Notes: a model not told the origin generated them from the sequence alone. DNA of 64,000 bases from Nitrospinaceae bacterium (GCA_965223665.1 OZ245011.1:1792001-1856000); one strand, 5' to 3'; positions 47,985-59,033 are shown, counted from the stretch's first letter. Numbers and translations: made by a program.

Positions 47985-49751
47985 CTAAAAAACCGGTAAT
48001 CGCAAACTACTGAGGAAGGTGATGACTTTGGTTTGATCCGCTTTCGACAGATTTTTAAAGTTCTTCGCCGAATCGGAACCTTCGCTGTTTTCACTGTCAT
48101 GCATTTCAATGGCTTCCGTCAAAGTAAGCGCCCGGCCATCGTGCATCCAGGGAGCCGTATCCGCAACCCCCCAGAGAGGCCGCGTCAAAAACTCTTCTTC
48201 AGGAATTTCCTGGCCGCCATCGGTGGTTTGAGTCACTCCCTTACCGCTACTTAAGCCGACACCCATGTTGTGCCGTTTCAAATCACTATACAAAGGCACT
48301 TTCACTTTGCCATGATGATGAGGCAATCGCGGTAAAGTTTCAGGTGGCCCGTCTTGTCTATTCAGATTACGCACAAACCCTTTCAACTTTTTCGACAATT
48401 CCAAAGCAATCGTTTCGTTTGTCAGTTTTTCTTTTCGATCCTTTTTAAGAATAGATTTTTTGAACAGATACTTTTCAAGCGAAGGGGTTACTTTATGCCT
48501 GCGAGTCAGCGCAAACGATCTCTTTTTTGATTGAGAAGACAAGAGTTTTGAAACCTTAGAGGAGGGTTTGTAAAATTGTTCCACCTTTTGGGCCAGCCCT
48601 TCATCAATTCGCGGATCCCTTACTGTCACGTACGGCAGGTCAATTGGCAACTTAGGAATGTGGCATTCCGCACAACCTATTTTTTTAAACAACCTCTTTC
48701 CCTTTTTCACGTGTCTTTCGTTCAGTCCTTTGGAAGATTCTACCGGAGGTCTTAATAAAGCGAGAAAGCCGGCCACGGCACTGATCTGCCCTTCACTGAT
48801 TTCATTTTTCAGATCATCCATATCGTCCTCGCCCGGTTTTTCAGCAAGAAACTCCGTCGGCTGAATACTGAAATGAAAATTCATCGCATCGCGAATAAAG
48901 TTTCTTAAATTGCTGGCAATGCCTTTCCATTGAAATGGCCGCACCACCAGGTCTTCGCTCACACCTACAATATTGGTTTTGTCTTCGATAATTTGATTGT
49001 TGGCATCGACGGCAATTTCTCCAAAAGAAACTCCCTTTGCCACCAGTTTCATGACCACTCCAGGATTAGCGTGCGCTTTCTCCCGAATTTTGGCCAAATC
49101 CCATGTCATTTCCTCGGCAAGAGTTTGAGTGTAACCTGCACCAAAGGCATGCGGCGGGTTGCGAATGACGCCTTTGGTCGTTTCACATTCATTATTCTCA
49201 TCTTTATCCTTACAATTAAAATTTTCCAATCCAAACGCATTCGATGCAAAACCAGCTCCACCGCCGGTGATTCCCGGTTGCTTAATGAAACGGACCTGAT
49301 TGGGGCCGGTCGATTTATGTTGTGAAGAAAACCCGATCGCCAGATGACACTCCAGGCAGGATTGGGAATCCAGACCATTGAAGCGAAGAAAAGGATAGTT
49401 TTCCCGATCGGCCATCTTATAAACACTGCGACGAGGGCCGGTGGGGCCTTCTCCAAAGTGATCCTCCGAAGTGAACCGATTCGAAAAAATATGCTTGCCG
49501 GCGTAGAACAGTTTTTCAAACGCAATATCTCCTTCATTAATTTTGTCCTGATCAATCTCGACCGCGGGTATCAAATTTCTCTGATCTGCCAGAGGCTGAT
49601 AAGAATGCGGCGTGAACGGCTGAGGAGTATAAAGATGCTGATGCTTGGAATCTGGAAGCTTGGCATGATGGTTATGATTCTTGTAGCAACCTGCAATTAA
49701 AACGGGTGCAAAACAAAATAACAACAAACATAACCTTTGGACTTGTCTCAT
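47985..49751 (-). CDS. Di-heme oxidoreductase (DHOR-family) lipoprotein
   Basis: Lipobox IAGC; CLECH and CAECH; PFQWKG, LYSDLKRHNMG, TRPLWGVADTAPWMHDGRA. Confidence 0.88.
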   Translation of the reverse strand: MRQVQRLCLLLFCFAPVLIAGCYKNHNHHAKLPDSKHQHLYTPQPFTPHSYQPLADQRNLIPAVEIDQDKINEGDIAFEKLFYAGKHIFSNRFTSEDHFGEGPTGPRRSVYKMADRENYPFLRFNGLDSQSCLECHLAIGFSSQHKSTGPNQVRFIKQPGITGGGAGFASNAFGLENFNCKDKDENNECETTKGVIRNPPHAFGAGYTQTLAEEMTWDLAKIREKAHANPGVVMKLVAKGVSFGEIAVDANNQIIEDKTNIVGVSEDLVVRPFQWKGIASNLRNFIRDAMNFHFSIQPTEFLAEKPGEDDMDDLKNEISEGQISAVAGFLALLRPPVESSKGLNERHVKKGKRLFKKIGCAECHIPKLPIDLPYVTVRDPRIDEGLAQKVEQFYKPSSKVSKLLSSQSKKRSFALTRRHKVTPSLEKYLFKKSILKKDRKEKLTNETIALELSKKLKGFVRNLNRQDGPPETLPRLPHHHGKVKVPLYSDLKRHNMGVGLSSGKGVTQTTDGGQEIPEEEFLTRPLWGVADTAPWMHDGRALTLTEAIEMHDSENSEGSDSAKNFKNLSKADQTKVITFLSSLRLPVF

Positions 49752-50268
49752 TTTCGTTTCTCCTTTTTGAAGTTATGTCTTAAAAAAGCATTTACCCTTT
49801 TGCTGTTAACAGACATACGGCCTGATGTTTTCTTCCTTTAGTCCACTCCACTGAATTTTGGCAATGTGAAAATATTCAGACTAAAGTTTTCCCCTAAAAA
49901 CAAAGAGCAAACTTATTGAGATTCAACTTTAGAGAAATTTTCGGGATAAGGATATCATTAAAACTGTGCTTTTTCTGTCGTATTTTGTATTACAAAATTT
50001 GGAAGTTAAATAAATCGGTTTTCATTAAAATCTTTATTAAACCAAATAAAAACATTAACTCAGGGAATTACAATAGAATTGGAGGCAAACTTAAGAAAAT
50101 CTGATATTTAAATTATTTCAAAATTGTGTGTTCAGTTCTTTGTGTAGACCCGTTTTTTAGGTATTGAATTAAAGAGCAATCGGTCTTAAAAAGAATTTTT
50201 TATCTCCAAATTCGTTTTTGTTTCCATTCAGTATTCCCCTTGCATCCGAAAACCGAAAGGGTTAAGGT

Positions 50269-51873
50269 TTGGACGCACTCTATGAACCTGGAGGTATTTG
50301 TTTCGTGATTCAATTCCCTTCTTTAAAAAAACAGCACTCTTTGAAACTACTCTCACTGTTTCTATTATTATTTGTTTGGTGGATTTCACTTGGATTGTGG
50401 TGGACTCCTTCAATTGCATTGGCAGATGGGAATTCTAATACCGGGGGCAATCAAACAGGAGATATTCGTAATAATCAGGGAAATATTCATGTTGGCAATA
50501 TTGGCATCACTTTAGCTGAACATAAAAGCGCACTAGAAAAAGAAGTCAAAAAAGTTCGCGAGCAAATAAAACGTGAGTATGAAAAAGGACAACAACGTGA
50601 CAAAGAAAAGATAGCGCTTTTAGAAAAGGTATTAGTATTTACAGAAGACCGACTCCAAAATGCTGAACAAGATTTGGAGAAAACCAAAATCCTGTTGGCC
50701 GAAGCGCAAGAAGCACTGGAACGCCAACCAACCATTCCGCAGGATCAATTGGCCCTAGCCCAGGCTAATTTAAATCAAGGCAAAACTGAACAAGCCGAAG
50801 CACTTTTTCAAAAAGCATTGGATCAAAACACTAAATCAGCAGCAGAAGCGGCTTATCAAATTGCAAGGCTAGCAGAAAACAAAATTCAATACAGCAAAGC
50901 TTTAAAATACTACGAACGTGCCTCGCAACTGGAACCTGAGAATGCGGATTATTTGACTTCGGCGGGAATTACCAATGTTATTTTAGGAAAATACGAAAAA
51001 GGGATTGAATATTATGACAAAGCATTAAAGTTACATAAACAAACTCCAGGTTCTGAACATTCAAAGGTGGCGGATGTTTACAACCACTTGGGCGTTGTTT
51101 TTGGTAAAAAAGGAAAACTCGATAAATCAATTATGTACTCTGAGAAAGCATTAAAATTACATAAACAAGCTCTTGGTTCTGAGCATTCAAAAGTGGCAAA
51201 TGATTATCGAAGCCTAGGGGTAGCTTCAACTATTAAAGGAGAGTTCGACAAGGCCATTAAGTACCATGAAAAAGCATTAAAATTACATAAGCGGACACTA
51301 GGCCCTGAGAATCCGAAGGTCGCGACCGACTATCAAAATCTGGGAATTGCCTGGGATAGCAAGGGCCAACATGACAAGTCTATTGAGTATTTTGAGAAAG
51401 CGTTAAAGCTACACCAACAATCCCTTGGCTCTGAGCATCCCAAAGTTGCGGGTGACTATAATAATTTAGGAATCGCCTGGTATGGAAAAGAACAATATGA
51501 CAAGGCCATTGAACATTTTGAAAACTCATTATTATTGCACAAGCAAACTCTAGGTTCTGAGCATCCTGAGGTGGCTAATAATTACAACAACCTTGGACTC
51601 GCTTGGCGTGGCAAAGGACAACACGACAAGGCCATTAAGTATTATGAGCAATCGATAGAGTTAAATTTAAAACTGTTGGGGGCAGAGCATCCATCCGTCG
51701 GAGATGGCTATTATAACCTGGGAAACGTCTCGACCAGTAAGGGACAGTACGATAAAGCCATTGAATATTACAAGCAGGCTTTAACAATTTTTAAAATAAA
51801 TCGACTGGAACATAGAATCCAATCTCTTGAAAATGCAATCAACAGACTTCAAAAAATGACCCAGCAATCATAA
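50269..51873 (+). CDS. Exported TPR protein with coiled coil and 42-aa TPR repeats (start uncertain)
   Basis: Hydrophobic N-terminal segment; LGSEHP.VA..YNNLG repeats. Confidence 0.88.
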   Translation: MDALYEPGGICFVIQFPSLKKQHSLKLLSLFLLLFVWWISLGLWWTPSIALADGNSNTGGNQTGDIRNNQGNIHVGNIGITLAEHKSALEKEVKKVREQIKREYEKGQQRDKEKIALLEKVLVFTEDRLQNAEQDLEKTKILLAEAQEALERQPTIPQDQLALAQANLNQGKTEQAEALFQKALDQNTKSAAEAAYQIARLAENKIQYSKALKYYERASQLEPENADYLTSAGITNVILGKYEKGIEYYDKALKLHKQTPGSEHSKVADVYNHLGVVFGKKGKLDKSIMYSEKALKLHKQALGSEHSKVANDYRSLGVASTIKGEFDKAIKYHEKALKLHKRTLGPENPKVATDYQNLGIAWDSKGQHDKSIEYFEKALKLHQQSLGSEHPKVAGDYNNLGIAWYGKEQYDKAIEHFENSLLLHKQTLGSEHPEVANNYNNLGLAWRGKGQHDKAIKYYEQSIELNLKLLGAEHPSVGDGYYNLGNVSTSKGQYDKAIEYYKQALTIFKINRLEHRIQSLENAINRLQKMTQQS

Positions 51874-51921
51874 TAACCACAACCTTTATATTTTTCCTAA
51901 TAAGATCTTTTCGAAGTGGTT

Positions 51922-53742
51922 TTATAAATTACAGGTGTTGCAGACGGTGGCGAAGGGAATTTGTTGGATGATAGATATTCGCTTTTCTTTTTGAGTCAAG
52001 GTGGGAAACAAGTCTGCGGCTTTTTTCGTAAAACCTTTCCAATATAAATTTTGCAGACGCGCCCGCTTATAAAAATGTTCGTGTTTTCTATATTGAGGAT
52101 GTCGTTTTAGGATTTCGACTCTTTGCGGAGGCGCGGTATACCCGTATAAATAAAAAATGTCCATATACCGGTAACTCTTTCCAAATCTCCTTTGGGATTC
52201 GTCGGCAAACCGCATCGCTTCATCATATTTTCTGACTTCCACCAGGGCCGAAACCAGATTGCCGTAGTCATACCATTGAAAGCCATAAGCGTTCCATTCC
52301 TGAATGGAGAACCTGCTTTTCAAATGCGCCGCCATGACCTCATAAAATTCCTTAATGGTCAGCCTCAGTGATTTACGTTCCTTAGCGCTCGATTTTTTCA
52401 AAAGGGCATAGGTTTCCGCAATCAACTGAGGCAACTCTTTATAATACTGAACCGTCGACCCGACAGAACTCCTGGAGTTGGCACTTTCTATGATTAAGTC
52501 CAGCATGGACCGAAGAGGTTTTTTGCTGAAATACTTTTGAATGGTCTGGCGCCCCTTTGGAATATCGCCGATCGCCCCATAGGCTTTGACCAGACTGCGG
52601 GCGAGGATCGGCCGAATCAACGGGCTTGCCTTTTCAGTTTGATGTTTCAATTGCTCTACCATCTTTAAAACCACCTTATCCTGTTGAGCCTTTTTAAATA
52701 ACCTTATGAAAATCAGGTTATCCTCATTCGTTTTAGAGGTATGAACTCCGAAAATAAGGTTCATTATGATAGAGGCCGATTTGAGATCCTCATTTTCTAT
52801 GTATTGCAAAAACGCGGCCTCCAGCATTTTGCTTTTCCATTCCGATTTGTAATGTTTGGACTTTAAGTAGGAAGTGATCCAATCATTTTTTTCCGTGGCG
52901 GCCAGAGCCCTGCCCAATCTTCGGGAATAACTTTTTATGAGACCGGGAGAAGTTTTTGCGGCATCCACTACCAGGTTTAAAAACATCATGGCAGCTTCTT
53001 TATATCCTGCTTCTCCAAAATATTCTGTGACTGACAATAGATCACTGACATTCACCTTACCGTTTTTTAAATGCAATTTATTTTTGGTGTACTTCAACAA
53101 TCTTGGGTCAGGAGATTCACCCATTTGATGCAAAGCCCTTACCATTGAACCCACTTTATACGTAATTTTGGGCAACTGAAAATATTTCCTTTTGGCTTTT
53201 TCAAGCTCCGATTTCGCAAGGTCCCGCCGGTTCAGTCTCAATAGATTTTGCACATTGGAAGTATGGGAAGAAAACTGTTCCTGAATACTGGTTTGTTTTT
53301 CAGGTTTCATTATGGTGTTCACAATGCAGTCCGCGGTAGGAGACAGGTAGCAGTCCGATAACGGATCGGTTCCCTTTTGTTTTATCCAACTTCTGAGAGG
53401 TTTGCGTGGGTCCACCTTAATGACAACTAACACTCCCCCGCGGGTCACCACAATATTAAAAGGCTTATCTTTCTTTTTGCTACTAAGATGCGCTTTGACT
53501 TGATATGTAAACGCCGTAGGCGCATAGCCTATTTCTTTAATGTGGTCCCCTATGAGTAGTCCTGAAGATGCACCCAGACCGTTCACATCCAGGTCAGCAA
53601 TATAAGGGTCGACCCCTTGCTTGATTTGGATACCCAGTCTCACCTCTCCCGGTGGGGGAATGGTTTGTGCCAGCGCACTGGACGCTGCACCAATGAAAAA
53701 TGTGATCACTATGAAACATAAAGCGAGTTGAAGTGTTTTCAT
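51922..53742 (-). CDS. Secreted protein with N-terminal PDZ-like domain and long helical region
   Basis: ATG 53742, signal ending ALA; RLGIQI..GLLIGDHI..V.RGG. Confidence 0.7.
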   Translation of the reverse strand: MKTLQLALCFIVITFFIGAASSALAQTIPPPGEVRLGIQIKQGVDPYIADLDVNGLGASSGLLIGDHIKEIGYAPTAFTYQVKAHLSSKKKDKPFNIVVTRGGVLVVIKVDPRKPLRSWIKQKGTDPLSDCYLSPTADCIVNTIMKPEKQTSIQEQFSSHTSNVQNLLRLNRRDLAKSELEKAKRKYFQLPKITYKVGSMVRALHQMGESPDPRLLKYTKNKLHLKNGKVNVSDLLSVTEYFGEAGYKEAAMMFLNLVVDAAKTSPGLIKSYSRRLGRALAATEKNDWITSYLKSKHYKSEWKSKMLEAAFLQYIENEDLKSASIIMNLIFGVHTSKTNEDNLIFIRLFKKAQQDKVVLKMVEQLKHQTEKASPLIRPILARSLVKAYGAIGDIPKGRQTIQKYFSKKPLRSMLDLIIESANSRSSVGSTVQYYKELPQLIAETYALLKKSSAKERKSLRLTIKEFYEVMAAHLKSRFSIQEWNAYGFQWYDYGNLVSALVEVRKYDEAMRFADESQRRFGKSYRYMDIFYLYGYTAPPQRVEILKRHPQYRKHEHFYKRARLQNLYWKGFTKKAADLFPTLTQKEKRISIIQQIPFATVCNTCNL

Positions 53743-53801
53743 AAAATGACTCTCTGAATAATACGAACAATTATGGATAATTGACCCAGCCTTACTGACG
53801 T

Positions 53802-55157
53802 TTACCGATTGCCGTAATGGTTTTTGTAAACCCAGATGGCGTCCTTCAGGGTGCGAACGATTACATAGTCTCCCCCACTTATGGGATCCGTTTTTTTGAT
53901 GCATCGAACGAAAGAACAATCGCTTGCTCGAAGCTCTATTTTTCTACAAATCCGTTTCTTTTTTCTCCCGGGGGGAATGGAACTTGAAGAAAAAATGTCA
54001 GGAGCCCAAGCCGGGACCTTCTTGGTTTTTTGAACAACCTCTTCATACATTACCGGGTAAGACCAGTTCCATTCCGACCAACCCCATTCGCATTGATGAC
54101 TCCCTTCAAATCTCATCACAGCATAAAATTGCTGGCTGTCCGGGTACCAGTGGCCATGTTCTATATAATCATTGCGGAGAACGTGGCGGAATCCCCAGGG
54201 GTCAGATTTAAATTTTCTAAATCCTTTATACTCGTAGGAATCTTTATGTTTTTTGTACAGTTTAAATTGGATTATTTCATTCGACGATACGGAATAGTAT
54301 CCATCAATCGATTCGATTCTGGGTCCCTTAGGTTTGTTGTTCCTCTGCCAACTGTATTTTTGGGGTTGTGGTTTAGCAGTTTGACCTGTTCCTGGAGTGG
54401 CGGCGGGTTTCTGGGTCGTTGTGGTTTCTTTGGAAGATTGTTTTTCCGCTTCCAGTCGCTTCTTTCGTTTCTCCAGTTCCTTTTTTTCTTTTTCGGTCAG
54501 CGCCTCATCAATTTTTTTCTCAACAATTCCTTCCGGTTTAGAATTGGATTTTATAAAAGTACTTACTTTCTCGTTCTGAAAAATTGACTGAATGTTTTCT
54601 TTTAAATAGGTTAAATATTTTTCAGTCGGCAACGGATCTCTAGGCTTGGCAAAAACTTCTTTTAAAGCTTTCTTACTGGACGAGGGAAGGTAAAACTCCA
54701 GAGCCTGTCCATTCTTCTTGATAACAAACAAATGATTTTTGTGGGAAGCCGATTCCACTTCGTTTTTGGGAACAGAAATCATCTTCCCATCTTTTCGGAA
54801 TCGAATCGTTTCTCCCGGAACTCCTACCAGAACGAAATCGCTTTCTGGGATTCGGGACAGAATTCCCACACCTTCAAAATGAAAGGGAATGGATCCGCCA
54901 TTTTTATAAATAACGTTGGTAGAAATAAATTGTTGCGTCCCGTTTTGAGAATTCCAGGTGGCGGATCGAGGTTTGATGGATAGGCTGTTAAAGTTTCCGT
55001 CGTTATCCAATAAATGGTAATGACCGATGAGCGCGTCGATCTCCGTTTGAGAAAGCAGAGAATTTTTATAAACCGCAAGCCGGTCCGTAGTCACCAGGCA
55101 GGAAGCGAGCAGTGGCAACAATAACAGCAGGAAACCTGCACGAAAGTTATATTTCAT
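53802..55157 (-). CDS. Hypothetical lipoprotein
   Basis: Lipobox LASC; charged coiled-coil linker. Confidence 0.7.
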   Translation of the reverse strand: MKYNFRAGFLLLLLPLLASCLVTTDRLAVYKNSLLSQTEIDALIGHYHLLDNDGNFNSLSIKPRSATWNSQNGTQQFISTNVIYKNGGSIPFHFEGVGILSRIPESDFVLVGVPGETIRFRKDGKMISVPKNEVESASHKNHLFVIKKNGQALEFYLPSSSKKALKEVFAKPRDPLPTEKYLTYLKENIQSIFQNEKVSTFIKSNSKPEGIVEKKIDEALTEKEKKELEKRKKRLEAEKQSSKETTTTQKPAATPGTGQTAKPQPQKYSWQRNNKPKGPRIESIDGYYSVSSNEIIQFKLYKKHKDSYEYKGFRKFKSDPWGFRHVLRNDYIEHGHWYPDSQQFYAVMRFEGSHQCEWGWSEWNWSYPVMYEEVVQKTKKVPAWAPDIFSSSSIPPGRKKKRICRKIELRASDCSFVRCIKKTDPISGGDYVIVRTLKDAIWVYKNHYGNR

Positions 55158-55307
55158 AGAAAGATATCAATTTCAAAGAAGTGATGATGTGTACGCACTT
55201 ATTTAACACTACGGAAAACCACTATGTCAAGAAGGACAATTTTTAATACAGATTAAAAACTCTTCCTTCCCGGAGACTGGCAACAAATTAGCAGAGTGTC
55301 TTTTAAA

Positions 55308-56216
55308 TTAAGAGGTGCTTTGAAAAAGCTCATTTAATCGAGCGTCTAATTCCTGGAAATTTTTGATGGGTTTTATTTTTTTGTTATCGATGAATGCAAT
55401 CAGGTTTTTGATGGCCTGCCCTCCAATCCAAACATCACAAATCGGCACCAGGTTCTTGGAAATTTCTGCCAGGTAGATTCTTCCATTGGAGTCGCTGACA
55501 GGAGCCGTAAAGGAAAGGATCACCACTTCCGGTTGCGTGCTTTGGCAAAATTGTATGAGATCTTCCGTAGGCAGGTTCGCCCCTAAAAAGATGGACTGAC
55601 ATCCCACACTAGTGGCATGAAAGGCAACCATTTGCGAACCGATTTCATGAAGCTCCCATGGCGGGCAGGCCAGCACCACTTTCGGTCCCTTCTCATTTGA
55701 CATCATGTTCATCACGGCAAACAATTTTTGTTTGACCTGCGCGGTCACATAATGTTCTGTCGCAATACTTAATTTCCCTTCAAACCATAATTCTCCGACA
55801 CGGATTTGCAAAGGAACCAGCACACGCTGAAACACGTCCGCAAATGGCAGAAGTGAAAAAATTTCATTCAGCTTTTTCTCAAAACTGATTCGATCCAGAG
55901 GAACCAGAGTCGCCTCCAGATCTTTAATCAGGGAATCCGTCACCGGAATTTCAACGGAGGGCTCGACGGTGGTTTCCTGGTTCATTCGGCGGATCAGTTC
56001 TTCTCGCCCCAGTATTGCCAAATCCCCAATGGTTTGACCCTTCTGCGTTTCCTGCGCTAAATAAATCAACAGGTTAACGTCCTCTTCTGAGTAAATTCGA
56101 TATCGATTCGGCCCTCGCTCCGGAGACACCAAACGGTAGCGCTTTTCCCAAACCCTCAACACCTCTTTCGACAACCCCGTTATTTTTGAAACCTGCTTGA
56201 TTCGATAGGTCTTCAT
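55308..56216 (-). CDS. carH: CarH/LitR-type MerR regulator with cobalamin-binding domain (B12 photoreceptor)
   Basis: LRVWEKRY..P.R..RYRIYS HTH; W-x9-EH (ELWFEGKLSIATEH); ExHxxG (ELHEIG); FLGANLP; WIGG. Confidence 0.8.
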   Translation of the reverse strand: MKTYRIKQVSKITGLSKEVLRVWEKRYRLVSPERGPNRYRIYSEEDVNLLIYLAQETQKGQTIGDLAILGREELIRRMNQETTVEPSVEIPVTDSLIKDLEATLVPLDRISFEKKLNEIFSLLPFADVFQRVLVPLQIRVGELWFEGKLSIATEHYVTAQVKQKLFAVMNMMSNEKGPKVVLACPPWELHEIGSQMVAFHATSVGCQSIFLGANLPTEDLIQFCQSTQPEVVILSFTAPVSDSNGRIYLAEISKNLVPICDVWIGGQAIKNLIAFIDNKKIKPIKNFQELDARLNELFQSTS

Positions 56217-56236
56217 ACTCCAAATCCTACCAATCT

Positions 56237-56321
56237 TGTCCAATGTTTGTCAATTCTTTTACAAAAAACATTTGACAAACTATAGACATATTGTCTATAA
56301 CTGTGAACATAACATTAAACA
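56237..56321. promoter_or_regulatory. Divergent promoter with CarH-type operator (TnnACA repeats at 11-bp spacing)
   Basis: + TTGACA 56272 and TAGACA 56283; - strand pair at 56237/56248; inverted repeat TATAGACA-tat-TGTCTATA; -35 TTGACA, 18-bp spacer, -10 TATAAC. Confidence 0.72.
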
Positions 56322-56349
56322 AACATTGTAATGGATAAGGAGAAATACA

Positions 56350-57399
56350 ATGAATATGGGAAAAACAATTAAAACCTTGATATCGGCCGTGGCGGTCACC
56401 AGTCTATTTGTGATTCCTAACGCCTGGTCCAAAACGCAAATTCCGGAAGACATGGCCTTAATTCCGGGAGGCCCTTTCCTAATGGGTGTAGACAAAAAAG
56501 TAAACCGCGACACCGAAAAAATGTCCAAACGCCAGCAACTCAGATACGCCGTTTCTAAAGAAGCGTTTCATGATGAGGGCCCGGCCCACAATGTGATTTT
56601 AGATCCCTACTTTTTAGATAAGCATGAAGTGTCTAATAAAAAGTATGGGGAATTTATGAAAGCCACCGGTCACCCCGCTCCTGCGTATTGGGACGACCAT
56701 CGTCGTAATAAACCTCAACAACCTGTCAGCGGGGTGAACTGGCACGATGCCAATGCCTATTGCAGTTGGGACAACAAACGTTTACCTACGGAAGCGGAAT
56801 GGGAAAAAGCGGCTCGGGGTCCGGAGGGGTTTATGTACCCCTGGGGAAATGATTTGGACCCCACCAAAGCCAATTTTGGCCGCAAGCAAGAATTCACCGC
56901 TAATATCGATGCCTACCCGGACGGGAAAAGCCCTTATGGAATTTATAACATGGCCGGAAATGTTTTCGAGTGGGTACAGGATTGGTATGACCCGAACTAC
57001 TATAAAACTTCTACCGTCACAGTAAACCCAACGGGTCCTAAAGAAGGGGTTTTCTTAAGCGCCACCGGAACGTATGTCGACAGAATTGCTACCGGCAAAA
57101 AACGGGTGATTCGTGGCGGGTCCTGGTATGCCCCAGCCCAAAGCGTCACCAACACACATCGTTTTTGGAACGATCCCATGAACAACAGTTACGGTGTGGG
57201 CTTGGGATTCCGTTGCGCGCGTTCGGTGGAAGACAGTGCCATGCTGCAAGCGCGTACGTTTTACATGGACGCTCTCGTGCACATGGGTGCTGAAAAATAT
57301 CAACAAGCGATGACTGCTATTGATAAAGCCTTAACCCTTGATGCTTCCAATGCGGAATATCAGCAAGTGAAAAAAATGATTACCAAACAAATGCAGTAA
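56350..57399 (+). CDS. Secreted FGE-sulfatase (SUMF1/EgtB/PvdO-like) domain protein with C-terminal TPR
   Basis: IPGGPFLMG, RLPTEAEWEKAARG, NMAGNVFEW, RGGSW, GFRC. Confidence 0.9.
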   Translation: MNMGKTIKTLISAVAVTSLFVIPNAWSKTQIPEDMALIPGGPFLMGVDKKVNRDTEKMSKRQQLRYAVSKEAFHDEGPAHNVILDPYFLDKHEVSNKKYGEFMKATGHPAPAYWDDHRRNKPQQPVSGVNWHDANAYCSWDNKRLPTEAEWEKAARGPEGFMYPWGNDLDPTKANFGRKQEFTANIDAYPDGKSPYGIYNMAGNVFEWVQDWYDPNYYKTSTVTVNPTGPKEGVFLSATGTYVDRIATGKKRVIRGGSWYAPAQSVTNTHRFWNDPMNNSYGVGLGFRCARSVEDSAMLQARTFYMDALVHMGAEKYQQAMTAIDKALTLDASNAEYQQVKKMITKQMQ

Positions 57400-57467
57400 G
57401 TTTTTGCGGCCCCTGGGGAAGGGCAGCGTCCCTTCCCGTCGGCCGTAATAACAACAGAAAACAAGGA

Positions 57468-57857
57468 ATGGAATTCATGAAAGCGATCACTCATTTACTC
57501 AAACCAATATCTACATTGCAAAAATTTCTTTTTTGTACTGCATTCGTTCTTTCATTCCCGGTGGCGAGTCTGGCGGAAGACTTACAAAATGAAATGCTTT
57601 TTCAGCAAACTTCTGAAGCACGGTTGAAAGTGGAACACGCCTGGGAGGCCTACCATCACGCGGCACTCGGCGGCACTTTGGTATCACCGGCCATACAAAC
57701 CGAGTTAGAGACCCATCTCCATCAATCGCGGGCGTTGTTGGCCCAGGCTTATGATGCCGCGGACCATGGAAAGGCACAAGTCGTCGAAAAGTTAACTCGG
57801 GAAATTACGAAAATCACTCAGAAAGTAATTTCTGAAAGTCGGGAGACCAAAAAATGA
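57468..57857 (+). CDS. Small secreted helical hypothetical protein
   Basis: Signal-like segment; His-containing helices; overlaps the next start. Confidence 0.7.
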   Translation: MEFMKAITHLLKPISTLQKFLFCTAFVLSFPVASLAEDLQNEMLFQQTSEARLKVEHAWEAYHHAALGGTLVSPAIQTELETHLHQSRALLAQAYDAADHGKAQVVEKLTREITKITQKVISESRETKK

Positions 57858-58669
57858 AATTACTGACAAAATTTTTACTGGCGCACTTTTTTATTTATCT
57901 GGTTTTTGTGACTAATGGGTTTTCCCTTCACGAAGAACCGGATTTATCTTCTAAAAAGAAACGCGATTCAGTCACTATGATTGTTATTCCTGCAGGCGAA
58001 TTTTTAATGGGCAGTAAATCAGGGGAAGGCCGTGCGGATGAACGACCGCAACGCAAGGTGAAGTTGGATGCGTATGCCATCGATATTCACGAAGTCACCA
58101 ACTCCCGTTACCTGAACTTCATACACAGTACCGGGCGTAAAGAGCCCCCCAATCCTTACAGCAATAAATTGTTATCAGAAGAAACTGGCACCAGCGAGTT
58201 GCCCGTAGTTCAAATCACCTGGTACGACGCTGTGGACTACTGCCGTTGGGCGGGCAAGCGATTACCCACAGAGGCGGAATGGGAAAAAGCCGCACGTGGG
58301 AATCATGGGGCCAAATTTCCCTGGGGTTCCGATGCGCCTCAGCGGGAGTGGGTCAATTTCGAACGCAATTGGAACGAAACGAAAACTCTGTGGCCTGTGG
58401 GTTCCTCACCGCAGACGGTATCTCCTTATGGAGTCCATGATATGGCAGGCAACGTTCGCGAGTGGGTTCAGGATTGGTATGCCGTGGATTTTTATATGAA
58501 CGGTCCCCACATCAATCCCCACGGGCCACAACATGGGATTTTAAAAGTCATTAAAGGTGGATCCTGGCACAGTTATGAATCCGACATTCGAGCGGCTTCC
58601 CGAGGCAAGGGAGGGTTTGCCCTCAAAACTGATGGAATTGGATTTCGCTGCGCTCAGTCTATTTTATAA
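57854..58669 (+). CDS. Secreted FGE-sulfatase domain protein
   Basis: IPAGEFLMG, RLPTEAEWEKAARG, DMAGNVREW, KGGSW, GFRC. Confidence 0.9.
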   Translation: MKLLTKFLLAHFFIYLVFVTNGFSLHEEPDLSSKKKRDSVTMIVIPAGEFLMGSKSGEGRADERPQRKVKLDAYAIDIHEVTNSRYLNFIHSTGRKEPPNPYSNKLLSEETGTSELPVVQITWYDAVDYCRWAGKRLPTEAEWEKAARGNHGAKFPWGSDAPQREWVNFERNWNETKTLWPVGSSPQTVSPYGVHDMAGNVREWVQDWYAVDFYMNGPHINPHGPQHGILKVIKGGSWHSYESDIRAASRGKGGFALKTDGIGFRCAQSIL

Positions 58670-58685
58670 AATGGAGGAAAGAATC

Positions 58686-59033
58686 ATGAGTCCTTTAAAG
58701 TTTATACCTATACTTTTTGCACTACAATTTGTATTCACGGCTTGCGCTGTGGAACCCAAAATTGAAGTTCCCGAAGCTGTCCAGGTGGGACAAAAACATT
58801 ATCATCGCGTTTGCGGCAACTGTCATGGGCCGGATGGGATGGGAGGCAACAGAGCGCCGAAATTAACACAAAAGTCTTTTACTTTGGAAAACTATCCCGA
58901 TGAAAAATTAGTTGAAACCATTTTGAACGGCTCCAGTTCGGGTGCCATGCCGGCACAAAAGAGTCGTATTTCTAAGCAAGAAATTCAGGAGCTTGTTAAA
59001 TATTTAAGGTATATGCAAAACACCGTCAGTTGA
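58686..59033 (+). CDS. Monoheme cytochrome c lipoprotein
   Basis: GGAGG before ATG 58686; lipobox TAC; CGNCH; GAMPA. Confidence 0.88.
   Translation: MSPLKFIPILFALQFVFTACAVEPKIEVPEAVQVGQKHYHRVCGNCHGPDGMGGNRAPKLTQKSFTLENYPDEKLVETILNGSSSGAMPAQKSRISKQEIQELVKYLRYMQNTVS

Noticed and set aside
56350-58669. True formylglycine-generating enzymes
   Set aside because: The catalytic Cys pair after RGGS is missing and no sulfatase is nearby; only the fold is supported
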